DNA of 39,980 bases, from positions 1 through 39,980 of the IMG/VR virus record IMGVR_UViG_3300011443_000031, one strand, 5' to 3'. The stretch comes from a virus (Duplodnaviria > Caudoviricetes). Shown in pieces: positions 1 through 8,945 of the stretch. A program made the position numbers and the translations under genes. The notes under the pieces were generated by a model. That model was given only the letters and a program-made list of their open reading frames with translations. It searched no databases and was not told where the DNA came from. Position 1 is the first letter of the stretch. The number at the start of each line of letters is the position of its first letter.

Positions 1-150
1 ACATCTCGATACAACCCGGACAGACGAACATCAGCGCGTCGTACCTGAGTCCATGGTCGTCTACGTGCTTGAGAACGGACTTCACGGGATCCTCCTGGGG
101 TAGAAAACCGGAAACATCTCTCCAAAATCTCCCCCGGGGCAAAAATATAC

Positions 151-159
151 AGCCGGGCG
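151..159 (-). other. Putative cos site / genome terminus (9-nt overhang candidate CGCCCGGCT)
   Basis: Minus strand reads CGCCCGGCT, fitting the CGCCNNNCT 3' overhangs I recall for related actinophage clusters. It lies just after the last conserved gene and next to G/C runs (165-197). Confidence 0.55.
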
Positions 160-196
160 ATGCAGAGGGGGGGTATCTACTGCGACCCCTCCCCCC

Positions 197-469
197 CTAT
201 GGGTCAGGTCCCGAGGTCTCAGTGAAGTCTGGAACTTCTCGTGTGACCTTTGTGTAGACACCTGTGACATTCTCTCTCACAATCTCATCGATGGCGTCTT
301 CGATTGCTTGATGTTGATCAGCTTCTGATAGTTCATCAGAAGTGTAGAGTATTCTAGCTAAAAATTCATTTGTGTTGTAGCCAGAACGTAGATCGAACGA
401 CAACCAAGCGTCGTAGTGGGTGAAGGGGGAGTGGGGGTTGTCAATTGTTGTTAACATAGACTCGATCAT
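197..469 (-). CDS. Conserved small hypothetical protein (terminal gene)
   Basis: 90-aa ORF with GAAAGGAG SD; LTTIDNPHSPF..YD.W motif. Confidence 0.85.
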   Translation of the reverse strand: MIESMLTTIDNPHSPFTHYDAWLSFDLRSGYNTNEFLARILYTSDELSEADQHQAIEDAIDEIVRENVTGVYTKVTREVPDFTETSGPDP

Positions 470-547
470 ACAACCAAACTCCTTTCACTATGAGATGGTA
501 GAAGGTGGGGTTTCAAATAGGAATGGGGAATGTACACAGATGTACTA

Positions 548-3211
548 CTAACTCTCAGGTCCCTCTAACTCATTGATAGACTTACTCAATGTAGTTAGTG
601 AGACACCCAACTGTTGCGCTACCTGGGCCCGTGTATAGCCAAGCTCAAGCATGTCTTGTGCACGACGTGCTTTAGATGTAGTCATTACCTTACTCACACG
701 AGGTGTAGCCAGTTCCTTGACCCTCTGAAGGTCTGCATACTGGAGGATGGAGGTTAGTTTGCTCTCACTAATAGCACCTGCCTGGATAGCATTCCATTCC
801 TCATCACTAATGTAGATGCGACTCTTCTGAGCCCCGGTTCTGTTACGCATCTCCTGGAGGGCCTGGGATTCAAGCTTCTTCTTGGTAGCATCATCCATGT
901 GTGGTTCAGCATCCAACTTAGCTCTCATAACACCATTCGCCAGGGTTTGGGCATGCCGTTCGAGGGGGCGGTTACGAATCGCAATGTCAAGGGAGGCATT
1001 CAAAGTCTTTACTTCGTTTGAGTAAGCTTCTTTTGCAGACTTCGAATACTTTGACCGGGGGGTATTTGAAGCTTCCTTACGTGCCTGATTAGCTAATGCC
1101 TTGAGTTTGTTGGAATGTTCTGCATACACCCTTTCCATAGGGGTATCAGATGACAAGGTATGCGCATCATCAGTAAGGGCAAGGCGTGCGACCTTCTCTT
1201 TCAGGGGCTGGCCTGTACGGAAACTGGTCTTACCGGTCTCAACATAGACCTTCTTACCAGTAGCCTTATCGATAGGCCCCCCTTCAGAGGCAAGGCGGAG
1301 CTTCCTTTGATTCACCCGATCGGTAGCAGTGGCCCTTGAAATGAGGGTAGAGGCACCTTTGTTCTTACCACCCTGGTATCGTTCTTTCAACTGGGGGATG
1401 TTGTTATCGATGGCGGATTGTTTGTAGTTCAGCTTATGCTTCTCAGCATCGATGACTACCATTGAATGTTTCACCGCTCTAGCAACATCTGCAGTTGATG
1501 CTTGACGAAGAGTCATGTCTGTGATGAGGTTTGATATTTTACCCATCTCAATTCCGGTTTCCCGAGTTGTCATCACATGCATTCCTGGATATTCTTTGTA
1601 CAGACGACGAGGATCGAAGTTCTTCAAGTCATCCAAAGCAGGAGATATTTTGACTCTCCCTGAATCATTCGGAATAACGAGAACAGTATCTCCATCGAAG
1701 TCTGCGCCAGAAAGCCGATCAGCTACAGTATGGTGAATACCGACAGCATCCTTAGCACCACCTATTACGGTCTTCGCTTCACGTTGCTTGTTGTTGACAG
1801 TCAAATCAGGAATCTCGAACGTCCCTGCATGAGGAAAACGAATAAGCGCAACTCTCTGCCCATCAGGGAAGTTTGGTGCGTAGACCTCATTCGGCTTGAT
1901 CGTGTCGAGAGGCAATATAACATGCCAACTTTGACCTTTCAGACCAGCTGCATCCAAATGGACAGCAGCCGAATCTGTTGAATCTCCAAACTTGTCGAGA
2001 AGAAGTCGCTTTACAGTTGGGTTTGTCAATTTCGCAATTGAGTTATATTCTGACAGACGCTCTTCATACGTCATGTCCAACTGATTCTTAGCAAGCCTTG
2101 GGCTCTGCTTTGACAACATCTGACTAGATATGGTCTTTGACCACTTCGTCCAGTCACCTTCTTCACGAACGATGTTCATGGCTGAGGTAACAACCTCTTT
2201 ACCATCTTTGTCGTGTTCAACGATCTGTCGCTTCAAATATGAACCAAACGGATTGTCTGGGTCATCTTTGATTGGCTTCATCGCATCGAGATGATTACCT
2301 GTAGGGTCCTTGTTTGTGTTGAACACGAGATCAACACCATCTGGAAGACCATCTTTGTAGATAGCCATACCCTTCAGATAGTGATCATCACCAACCTTAA
2401 CTCGAACCTGCGAATAGCGAGATCCTTCAAGACTGACGTCTTTGACGCCTGGACGAGTGAAAATGACACCATCCATCTCTGCTCCACCCTCATGACCGTA
2501 TCTAACGGAAACTCGAGAAGGTGAGATAGAGATTGGTGGATGGATACCAAGATATGAACGTCCACCATCATCAGTGAAGCTCATGATCTGTTGGATGTTC
2601 GCTTTGTTCTTCAATACTTCGCCGATGGTCACATCAGGCCCAGCAAGAACCTTACGCCGTGTGTCCTTACCAGTGCCCAACTGTCGCTCAGTCAAGGAGT
2701 GAAGTGTGTAACCATCATCAACAGCAGCATCAACGGCTGCCCTCAACTTGGTTGCGCTGATACCAATATGATTCTCCACACCACTACCCACATCGAGGTA
2801 CTTCTTCTCAGCAACCTGCTCCTTGAGCATCTTCGAAGTCTGCTCAATGACGTTTGCTTTGTCAGCTGCACCTGGGGCAAGATATGAACGAATCGTGGAT
2901 TCAGGCTTGTCCATTCGCTTGCCGATTTCGACATTAGAATAGCCCTTGTCCTTGAGCTTCTGGGCTTGAGTAATATCGGCCTGACGACGTTCTGCAATTG
3001 CTGCAGACTTCCTGTTACGAAGGCGAGTTGTGGAGATGCCCAATCCTTCTGCGATCTCGGTCTCCGACATGCCTTCTTTCTCAAGCACCTTTACATGATC
3101 GAGGAAATCCTTGTTGTTCTGGAAAGTAACCCCACCAGACCCCCATGGATATCGACCACTGTGTCGAGGAGTTCCATAATGCTCAAGATAGTCGTCTTCA
3201 TCAATGATCAT
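548..3211 (-). CDS. Putative single-chain two-barrel (YonO/RdRP-like) RNA polymerase with HTH domains
   Basis: GADFDGD (DFDGD at 1688-1702) preceded by RFP; also MDGVIF, SQVR..LKG, GKISN and VIDAEK motifs. Two N-terminal HTHs and one C-terminal HTH. SD AAAGGAGG. Confidence 0.75.
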   Translation of the reverse strand: MIIDEDDYLEHYGTPRHSGRYPWGSGGVTFQNNKDFLDHVKVLEKEGMSETEIAEGLGISTTRLRNRKSAAIAERRQADITQAQKLKDKGYSNVEIGKRMDKPESTIRSYLAPGAADKANVIEQTSKMLKEQVAEKKYLDVGSGVENHIGISATKLRAAVDAAVDDGYTLHSLTERQLGTGKDTRRKVLAGPDVTIGEVLKNKANIQQIMSFTDDGGRSYLGIHPPISISPSRVSVRYGHEGGAEMDGVIFTRPGVKDVSLEGSRYSQVRVKVGDDHYLKGMAIYKDGLPDGVDLVFNTNKDPTGNHLDAMKPIKDDPDNPFGSYLKRQIVEHDKDGKEVVTSAMNIVREEGDWTKWSKTISSQMLSKQSPRLAKNQLDMTYEERLSEYNSIAKLTNPTVKRLLLDKFGDSTDSAAVHLDAAGLKGQSWHVILPLDTIKPNEVYAPNFPDGQRVALIRFPHAGTFEIPDLTVNNKQREAKTVIGGAKDAVGIHHTVADRLSGADFDGDTVLVIPNDSGRVKISPALDDLKNFDPRRLYKEYPGMHVMTTRETGIEMGKISNLITDMTLRQASTADVARAVKHSMVVIDAEKHKLNYKQSAIDNNIPQLKERYQGGKNKGASTLISRATATDRVNQRKLRLASEGGPIDKATGKKVYVETGKTSFRTGQPLKEKVARLALTDDAHTLSSDTPMERVYAEHSNKLKALANQARKEASNTPRSKYSKSAKEAYSNEVKTLNASLDIAIRNRPLERHAQTLANGVMRAKLDAEPHMDDATKKKLESQALQEMRNRTGAQKSRIYISDEEWNAIQAGAISESKLTSILQYADLQRVKELATPRVSKVMTTSKARRAQDMLELGYTRAQVAQQLGVSLTTLSKSINELEGPES

Positions 3212-3765
3212 TGAATCACCCCTCCTTTCAAGAGTTCGATTCTCCTATCGGATGCGATGATCACATCCATGATGTGTGCAACTTCATCAGGATCCGGAAT
3301 ATGGATCTCGACGTCTTCTTGATAGATCCGCAGTTCCATCTCAATCCCGAATGGTGAGAAGCCATATTCTAGACAGAAGAGCGCTGCATAAACCAACAGC
3401 TGCTTCATGGACGCCTTAACGATCCCTGTCTTCAAGTCGTGGATTCTCAGATAGTTATTAACAAACGAGATTGTGTCTGGAGTACCGAAGCAGTTGTCGG
3501 AGAAATATAAAGGTTGCTCAACTTCCATGCTGAAGTCAATAGCATCCGCTACGTAATCTGAAAGGGCTCTGTCATCGGCTGCGAGTCTTACTCCCATGAC
3601 GATCGCTTTGTGCGCTAATTCGTGAAGCGCTGTTCCTCTGGCAGCTGCTCGAGCCAGAGCGTACCGTGCATCCAGTCTCTCTTCCGTGTAATTGATCCAG
3701 TGATAGTTACTCGGACTGAGAAATGCATGCCTACCGTGAAGGGCTGAGTGCGAGTTGAAGTTCAT
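3208..3765 (-). CDS. PD-(D/E)XK (Cas4/DUF2800-like) nuclease
   Basis: Start reassigned to MNFNSH. Motifs HAFLSPS, GTALHELA, FGTPD, IHDLKTG, QLLVYA. Confidence 0.8.
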   Translation of the reverse strand: MNFNSHSALHGRHAFLSPSNYHWINYTEERLDARYALARAAARGTALHELAHKAIVMGVRLAADDRALSDYVADAIDFSMEVEQPLYFSDNCFGTPDTISFVNNYLRIHDLKTGIVKASMKQLLVYAALFCLEYGFSPFGIEMELRIYQEDVEIHIPDPDEVAHIMDVIIASDRRIELLKGGVIQ

Positions 3766-4027
3766 CAAACACCCCATCTTCGTTCTCTGGGTAGATGAAC
3801 GACGCATACGACATCTTGTTAAACTGATCCACGTAAAATGGTTGGTTTGGACGAGTTCGTGCCGTTTCTGACACCTTGACTTCAAGCATGGCCCATCGAT
3901 CATTGTGAAGAATGAGCAAATCTTGAATTCCTTGTATGCGTTGTGGATCGTTCTTGATCACAACACAACCAGGGAACTCTTTGTGAAGTCTCTTGATGAG
4001 TTTGGCTTGGTATTGAGCTTCGGTCAT
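3731..4027 (-). CDS. VRR-NUC family nuclease
   Basis: Start MTEAQYQ with GGAGG SD. Motifs GIQDL, MLEVK, RPNQ. Confidence 0.85.
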   Translation of the reverse strand: MTEAQYQAKLIKRLHKEFPGCVVIKNDPQRIQGIQDLLILHNDRWAMLEVKVSETARTRPNQPFYVDQFNKMSYASFIYPENEDGVFDELQLALSPSR

Positions 4028-4076
4028 TGGTCCTCCGGGCAAAAACGAAATTAGTTGAAATTTTAGACTTCCCCTC

Positions 4077-4101
4077 ATTATATACGTTGTTTTAGGTACG
4101 A
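4077..4101 (-). promoter_or_regulatory. Phage promoter-like motif P1
   Basis: TCGTA-CCTAAAACAACGTA-TATAAT, upstream of the nuclease/RNAP operon. Confidence 0.7.
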
Positions 4102-4112
4102 CTTAATACGTA

Positions 4113-4607
4113 TTATTTGGCAATAGCGAATTGTTGCCATGTGGGGAAGACTTCCTTCTTCACCAGAATCGATTGCCAAATATCAGCAACCAGTAATCCG
4201 TGTGTTGTAGCAGCAGACATCGTCGTCTTGTACTTGATCTCTGTACCAACGTCGATGATTGGCCCTCGATCGCTGTGTGAATCACGAAGTGTGAACTGTC
4301 TGCAGTACTTCCAGGCGAACCATCGAGGCCTCCATACGAGGTTCTCAACATGATTGTCGGTCTGGTCACCACTCAGATGGACCGGAGTGTTGAAAATATC
4401 CGTCTTACCATCTAAGAACTCATCCGCTACGAGTAGAGCCACGCTCCTTGTGTACTGAACTCGATCCTTCACTAGCCCGATCTTGAGTAGCCCAGTCCTA
4501 GTGATATTCGGCCGCAACAACCTCCCTGTGTGTTTGTTGGCCACTTGTCCATGACTACTCACTTGGTAGTCTGGGAACTCCCATACTGTTGCCCATTGTT
4601 CTTCCAT
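4113..4607 (-). CDS. NUMOD4/HNH endonuclease-like protein
   Basis: EQW...YQVSSHGQV (NUMOD4) and VHLSGDQTDNHVENLVW (HNH_3-like). Confidence 0.8.
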   Translation of the reverse strand: MEEQWATVWEFPDYQVSSHGQVANKHTGRLLRPNITRTGLLKIGLVKDRVQYTRSVALLVADEFLDGKTDIFNTPVHLSGDQTDNHVENLVWRPRWFAWKYCRQFTLRDSHSDRGPIIDVGTEIKYKTTMSAATTHGLLVADIWQSILVKKEVFPTWQQFAIAK

Positions 4608-4630
4608 CTTTCACCTCTTTCAGCCTTGAA

Positions 4631-4815
4631 AGCAAGAATACGTATTATGTTCGAAAATTCCTCGCAAAACTCTTTCACCAAAAGTGAAGTTAATACGTAT
4701 TCCCTATATTAGCGCGAGAAAGTAGAGAATACTAAAAATACGTATTAACCTCGATTTTTATACAAGAGTTTTGAGCGAGATTTTCGGAGGTTAATACTTA
4801 ATACGTATTCTTGCT
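4631..4815. repeat. Nested inverted-repeat AT-rich element, probable replication origin
   Basis: Perfect 17-bp IR 4631-4647/4799-4815, imperfect IR 4652-4673/4765-4786, perfect 13-bp IR 4689-4701/4737-4749. Four AATACGTATT palindromes. Confidence 0.75.
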
Positions 4816-4916
4816 ACTAAGCCCCTCCCCCGGATCCAACAAAAGACCAGGTCAGAGGGCATTTCGTCCTTTTGCCTCAACTCACTCAGACACCGAAATT
4901 CTACGTATTATGTCTG

Positions 4917-6149
4917 TCAAATCTGGGCAGTTTTTTGGTACTTCTTTTCCAGCTCGTCGATTTCGTGCCAGTTTCGGAGGTTTTCCGACGCATAAGTACG
5001 CTCGTTGAAATGCCTCTTTTCCCCCAAACTTTTCCACACTGCACGGTCGATTGTGGAATCCGAACGTAAAACGTAGTAGAAAAGTTCAGAAAATGGCGTG
5101 TCCAAACGGTCGATTCGACCCTGTGCTTGGATGAAATTCTTGTACGAATATGTGAGCGAATAGAAGCACATCGTGTCTGTTTCGGTGCAATTCCAACCCT
5201 CAGCTCCCGCCACGTACTGGACGAGGTACACCCACTTTTCGCTTTCTGGGAGTGGTTGGTGCCTGTGGCCGTTCCACTCCGCAACTTGCACAGATGAGTG
5301 CAGTCCCAAGCTCCGTAACATCTCTAATTCGTAGTCGAAGTTGTAGAACACAACTAGCCGGTCGTGTTCCTCCAAGAGATTCTGTACAGCATTGAGTCGA
5401 GACGCATCCGAGTTGACAATCTTTCGCATCACCCGAAATAACTCGGCCACATCCTGGATCGGCTCTGATGTGTAGGGATTCCATCTGTCTACTACCGCCT
5501 TTCTGTACAACCCCTTGTCGTACTGAGTTTCGATGTCTTTGATGATCCTGGTGGTGTGACTGAGATATGGCATCTCAACCAAGATCATGTTTCGGTACTT
5601 CTCAAGGATGTCTACTCGGTCGTACCTAACGATTCGAGGGAACTTGCTAAATGGCGCATAGACGACATGCTCTCTGGTGAACTCAGAAGCATTTCGATAA
5701 AGTCCGTTGGCCACGAACACGGGAATATAGTCAATCCACGTGTCCCCAGGCGTCGCGCTGAGTAGAACCCATCGGTTCTTCCTGGTGATCTTGTAGAACG
5801 CTTTGACCCATGCGCCGTGCCCGACGACTCGCTGTTCATCGAAGACAAAGAACGCATCCACCACGTCTGTATAGTTCCCAATGTTGTTCCAGGAATCGAT
5901 AGTGATTTTACCATTACCAGGGACACTAAGATCGGTTCCGATTCCAAAGTGTGCTGCCTCCTTCTCCCAGTCAAGGGAGTCTCGTTTCTTGGCTGTGGTG
6001 ATGACGTAGATATCCTTCGGGGCCTCCTTCTTTGCGTAGTACGCCATTGCGGTCAGAGACTTACCTGTCCCCACACCCCCAAATAAGACCTTACCGTTCT
6101 CGAGAAGGTCTAATGCTTGCTGCTGGTGCTCCATCAGTTCTACGCCCAT
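4917..6149 (-). CDS. SF2 (SNF2-like) DNA helicase
   Basis: GGVGTGKS, DEQR, SATPG and QAQGRIDR motifs. Start could be 6149, 6152 or 6155. Confidence 0.9.
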   Translation of the reverse strand: MGVELMEHQQQALDLLENGKVLFGGVGTGKSLTAMAYYAKKEAPKDIYVITTAKKRDSLDWEKEAAHFGIGTDLSVPGNGKITIDSWNNIGNYTDVVDAFFVFDEQRVVGHGAWVKAFYKITRKNRWVLLSATPGDTWIDYIPVFVANGLYRNASEFTREHVVYAPFSKFPRIVRYDRVDILEKYRNMILVEMPYLSHTTRIIKDIETQYDKGLYRKAVVDRWNPYTSEPIQDVAELFRVMRKIVNSDASRLNAVQNLLEEHDRLVVFYNFDYELEMLRSLGLHSSVQVAEWNGHRHQPLPESEKWVYLVQYVAGAEGWNCTETDTMCFYSLTYSYKNFIQAQGRIDRLDTPFSELFYYVLRSDSTIDRAVWKSLGEKRHFNERTYASENLRNWHEIDELEKKYQKTAQI

Positions 6150-6158
6150 CATCACCTC

Positions 6159-6347
6159 CTATACGGCGAACATTGCTCCCGGAGGAGGTTGTTTTATTTC
6201 TTCCATCGGCTCTGCAACGGTTTGTTGGCAATATACAAACGTTCCGTTGTTGAAAGATGCGCCGTATGGTTGATGAACCCATCTTGGTCCCAAAGCAAAG
6301 TTGATCCGTACAATACGATGACCACAGTGCTTACAATAATCTTCCAT
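6159..6347 (-). CDS. Small Cys/His protein
   Basis: CKHCG..WVH..C pattern; AGGAGG SD. Confidence 0.7.
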   Translation of the reverse strand: MEDYCKHCGHRIVRINFALGPRWVHQPYGASFNNGTFVYCQQTVAEPMEEIKQPPPGAMFAV

Positions 6348-6357
6348 CAATCACCTC

Positions 6358-6630
6358 CTACTTGGGTTTTGTGTCGTTAAAGGCCAGTGCCTCTTGATAC
6401 ATCATTTCGACTTCCATGGGCAATCGACCTCTGCCGTAATATCTCGGAACAGCGACCCGAACTTCGGGATCCAACAGCCGCTCGATCATCCGAGCCTGGT
6501 AGGGCACAAGATATAGACCGAACATGACTGCTGCCTGATGTTGCCACATGATCCCCAAAGTTGGTCCACAAGGGACGCCCCATGTAATTTCGTGAGCCAT
6601 CTCAGCGGGCATGGAATCTGTTAATGGCAT
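6358..6630 (-). CDS. Hypothetical protein (GVPCGPTL paralog)
   Basis: GGAGG SD; shares GVPCGPTL with the adjacent gene. Confidence 0.7.
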   Translation of the reverse strand: MPLTDSMPAEMAHEITWGVPCGPTLGIMWQHQAAVMFGLYLVPYQARMIERLLDPEVRVAVPRYYGRGRLPMEVEMMYQEALAFNDTKPK

Positions 6631-6631
6631 T

Positions 6632-6835
6632 TCACCTCCATCCGTGATGTGTGTTCCAAAACGTCTCTTGTTTTGGCCGAGTCATGTAATATGCGAGTTT
6701 GGTTGGATCGGTCATCGAGAGCGTGGGCCCACAAGGGACTCCGAACAGCAATTCATGCGTGGATACACACGTTTCCCATTCGACAGCTTCACGCATCCGA
6801 GCTTCCATCCACGCTCGTACGTCAAACTCGGTCAT
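6632..6835 (-). CDS. Hypothetical protein (GVPCGPTL paralog)
   Basis: ATGA overlap with the upstream gene. Confidence 0.7.
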   Translation of the reverse strand: MTEFDVRAWMEARMREAVEWETCVSTHELLFGVPCGPTLSMTDPTKLAYYMTRPKQETFWNTHHGWR

Positions 6836-7038
6836 CGTCGGTACTTCGATCTGTCAGGAAAGGCACGCACTTTGGCTTCGAACCGATTCCGAGGATCCTG
6901 CAACTTCCCCTCGACTTCCTTCATCCCGTCACAATCGAGACAGAAGTATTCGGCTTTCTGTTCCCGATCGAAGTGTCTGCGAATATGACCACAGACCAAG
7001 ACCACACGTGTTACCGGATCACCGTCACCTGTCGGCAT
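6832..7038 (-). CDS. Small zinc-ribbon protein
   Basis: LVCGH...CLDC pattern; coupled to neighbours. Confidence 0.7.
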   Translation of the reverse strand: MPTGDGDPVTRVVLVCGHIRRHFDREQKAEYFCLDCDGMKEVEGKLQDPRNRFEAKVRAFPDRSKYRR

Positions 7039-7648
7039 CGACGTAAGCCCCCAAGTGATCGTGCGGATTGTCTACACACGAAGCATCACACCATGCCGAA
7101 CCGTTTCCAAGCACGTGAACAACGTGCCGAGGTTGACTAACGTCGCTTGTTACGAACGTTCTGCTCGCAACGCCATGAATACCGCTCGTGATGTACACGG
7201 CGTATGCGTCAGCGAGACTGTACAGGAAGTGTCGCGTTGCTTCTGAGTTTGGCGGTGGATATGCCTGAACAGCAATCTTCAACGCTTCTGCCCGAATGTT
7301 TTGAGCTACCGACATCTCATGCGCAGCGATCAGATCATCTACCAGAGCCTCAGCATCTGCGACAACGTCCTCTGGAGGCGTAACAAGACCGAGCGCGGTA
7401 GCCATACGATAGCAGATCTTGTTCAGCAGAACAGAATCGGCCTTGTACTTGACAATCAGTTCACGTCCTGCTTGGTTGAACGTAGGATATGGTTCGGTTG
7501 TAGTGCCCTGAACGTGCTCTCTCACCAAAGACCTCATCTCATCAATTGAAGCATCGAATGGAAAACGAACATCAAACTCGCCACATGAACAACGAATACA
7601 GCGTTCTCCGTTGTCCAAATCACGCATCTCATTCATTATGTGTTGCAT
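7025..7648 (-). CDS. Hypothetical protein with N-terminal H..CSCG..H mini-domain
   Basis: TGATG coupling gives start MQHIMNE. Confidence 0.7.
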   Translation of the reverse strand: MQHIMNEMRDLDNGERCIRCSCGEFDVRFPFDASIDEMRSLVREHVQGTTTEPYPTFNQAGRELIVKYKADSVLLNKICYRMATALGLVTPPEDVVADAEALVDDLIAAHEMSVAQNIRAEALKIAVQAYPPPNSEATRHFLYSLADAYAVYITSGIHGVASRTFVTSDVSQPRHVVHVLGNGSAWCDASCVDNPHDHLGAYVDADR

Positions 7649-7869
7649 CAGGCACCAGTCCTGACGCAGTCCACCCAACCGTTGTTGAGCGATCCGACGA
7701 CTGTGAACAACAATCCGAACCGCTGGGGCGTGAGTGTACTGAACTCTTCGTCGCGACCGAAGTCACCGACAAGGATATAACCGAGTGGTAGCTGCTCGAT
7801 GTCCTGGATTGTTGCGAACTGTTGACGCAACTTCTCTTGGTTGTCAGCTGTGATTGTGATTGCTTTCAT
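7648..7869 (-). CDS. Hypothetical protein
   Basis: Start MKAITIT with GAGG SD. Confidence 0.7.
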   Translation of the reverse strand: MKAITITADNQEKLRQQFATIQDIEQLPLGYILVGDFGRDEEFSTLTPQRFGLLFTVVGSLNNGWVDCVRTGA

Positions 7870-7881
7870 CTGTTCCTCTCT

Positions 7882-7918
7882 AAAAAGCAAAAACCAAATG
7901 CCTTGCGACATCTGGTTT
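7882..7918 (-). terminator. Intrinsic terminator (GCAA loop)
   Basis: AAACCAGATGTC-GCAA-GGCATTTGGTTT followed by a U tract. Confidence 0.75.
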
Positions 7919-7946
7919 CTTTGGGGGTGGACTTACTTCAGTTCGA

Positions 7947-8198
7947 CTAGTGCAGGATCACAGTGACGAGGAAGCCGAACTCCGTGTTGAAGAACTCGTC
8001 TCGCTCGGACTCGGACTCGAACCCACCGTTCTTGGAGATCTCGATGAGCTTGAAGACAACCGACTTCATCACCGGGTAGATCTCCAACGACTTGTTGGTG
8101 ACGTCCACGGCGAACTGGCCGGCGCGAACTCGACGGACGCGACTGGTCTTCGACAGCGTGTGGCCGAGACAACCGGTGAGCGTGCTGAACTTGAACAT
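7947..8198 (-). CDS. Hypothetical protein
   Basis: AAGGAG SD; flanked by terminators. Confidence 0.75.
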   Translation of the reverse strand: MFKFSTLTGCLGHTLSKTSRVRRVRAGQFAVDVTNKSLEIYPVMKSVVFKLIEISKNGGFESESERDEFFNTEFGFLVTVILH

Positions 8199-8217
8199 GA
8201 CTGCTCCTTGTTGGGTG

Positions 8218-8246
8218 AAAGGGGAAATACCTTGTGGTATCGCCCC
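8218..8246 (-). terminator. Intrinsic terminator (ACAA loop)
   Basis: GGGGCGATACC-ACAA-GGTATTTCCCC-TTT. Confidence 0.6.
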
Positions 8247-8266
8247 GGTTGTTGGGGTGGGTGGAA

Positions 8267-8476
8267 TTACTTCATCATCTTGCGGATGAGTGGGCTGATG
8301 AGACGGCGCGTGCTGTCGACGAGGATCAGTCTGCGAACGAACCGCTGGCGCATGTAGCGACGATGCTCCTGTGCGTAGTTCATGTAGTCCTTTCGGATCT
8401 GAGCTAGCTGGATATCGAGGCGTTCACGGCAAGCAGCGCTCGGCAAATCGATCACGATCGGGCGTGGCTGTTCCAT
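8267..8476 (-). CDS. Small basic cassette protein
   Basis: AAGGAG SD; lies between P2 and a terminator. Confidence 0.75.
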   Translation of the reverse strand: MEQPRPIVIDLPSAACRERLDIQLAQIRKDYMNYAQEHRRYMRQRFVRRLILVDSTRRLISPLIRKMMK

Positions 8477-8505
8477 GTTGGTCTCCTTAGATATGGGGTG
8501 TTCCT

Positions 8506-8530
8506 ATTACAGTCATTGTTCTTTCTGCGA
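8506..8530 (-). promoter_or_regulatory. Phage promoter-like motif P2
   Basis: TCGCA-GAAAGAACAATGAC-TGTAAT-AGGAA. Confidence 0.75.
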
Positions 8531-8740
8531 ATCACCGTTCGTAACGAAGTCTTCGTTCGAGAGATACGTCGTCCAAGGATATACATCCTCAAGCTTCACG
8601 GTGTACTGCATCCCCTTCTCATCCTGAAGTACTGGCCATCTCGGATCACCTTTGGTCTCGATCAACTTTCCAACAATTAGTTGATCTCCGAACATCGCGG
8701 TGTACGTCCTACCGACCACCATCAATGGTTGGGCCTTCAC
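8513..8740 (-). CDS. Small beta-rich (SH3/Sm-like?) protein
   Basis: GGAGG SD with GTG start; alternating beta-strand pattern. Confidence 0.6.
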   Translation of the reverse strand: MKAQPLMVVGRTYTAMFGDQLIVGKLIETKGDPRWPVLQDEKGMQYTVKLEDVYPWTTYLSNEDFVTNGDSQKEQ

Positions 8741-8945
8741 CGTTTGCCTCCTTCCGAAGCATTCGTAGTTTGTAGCGCAGCTGACTCAAACGAGAGATCG
8801 AGTCGTCGATACCTTGTAGAACTTGTGGGGGGTGCTCATCTCTGTGCCTCACTTGCCACAGTCTCTTGATCCGACGATCAAGCGAGCTGACGAGCAGACG
8901 AATATCCTCATCTGTGAGGAGTAGCCGTCCCTTCACTTGTGACAT
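8709..8945 (-). CDS. Hypothetical helical protein
   Basis: Start MSQVKG with AAGGAG SD. Confidence 0.7.
   Translation of the reverse strand: MSQVKGRLLLTDEDIRLLVSSLDRRIKRLWQVRHRDEHPPQVLQGIDDSISRLSQLRYKLRMLRKEANGEGPTIDGGR

Noticed and set aside
3208-3765. CRISPR-associated Cas4
   Set aside because: No Fe-S cysteine set and no cas or array context; an ordinary phage PD-(D/E)XK nuclease.
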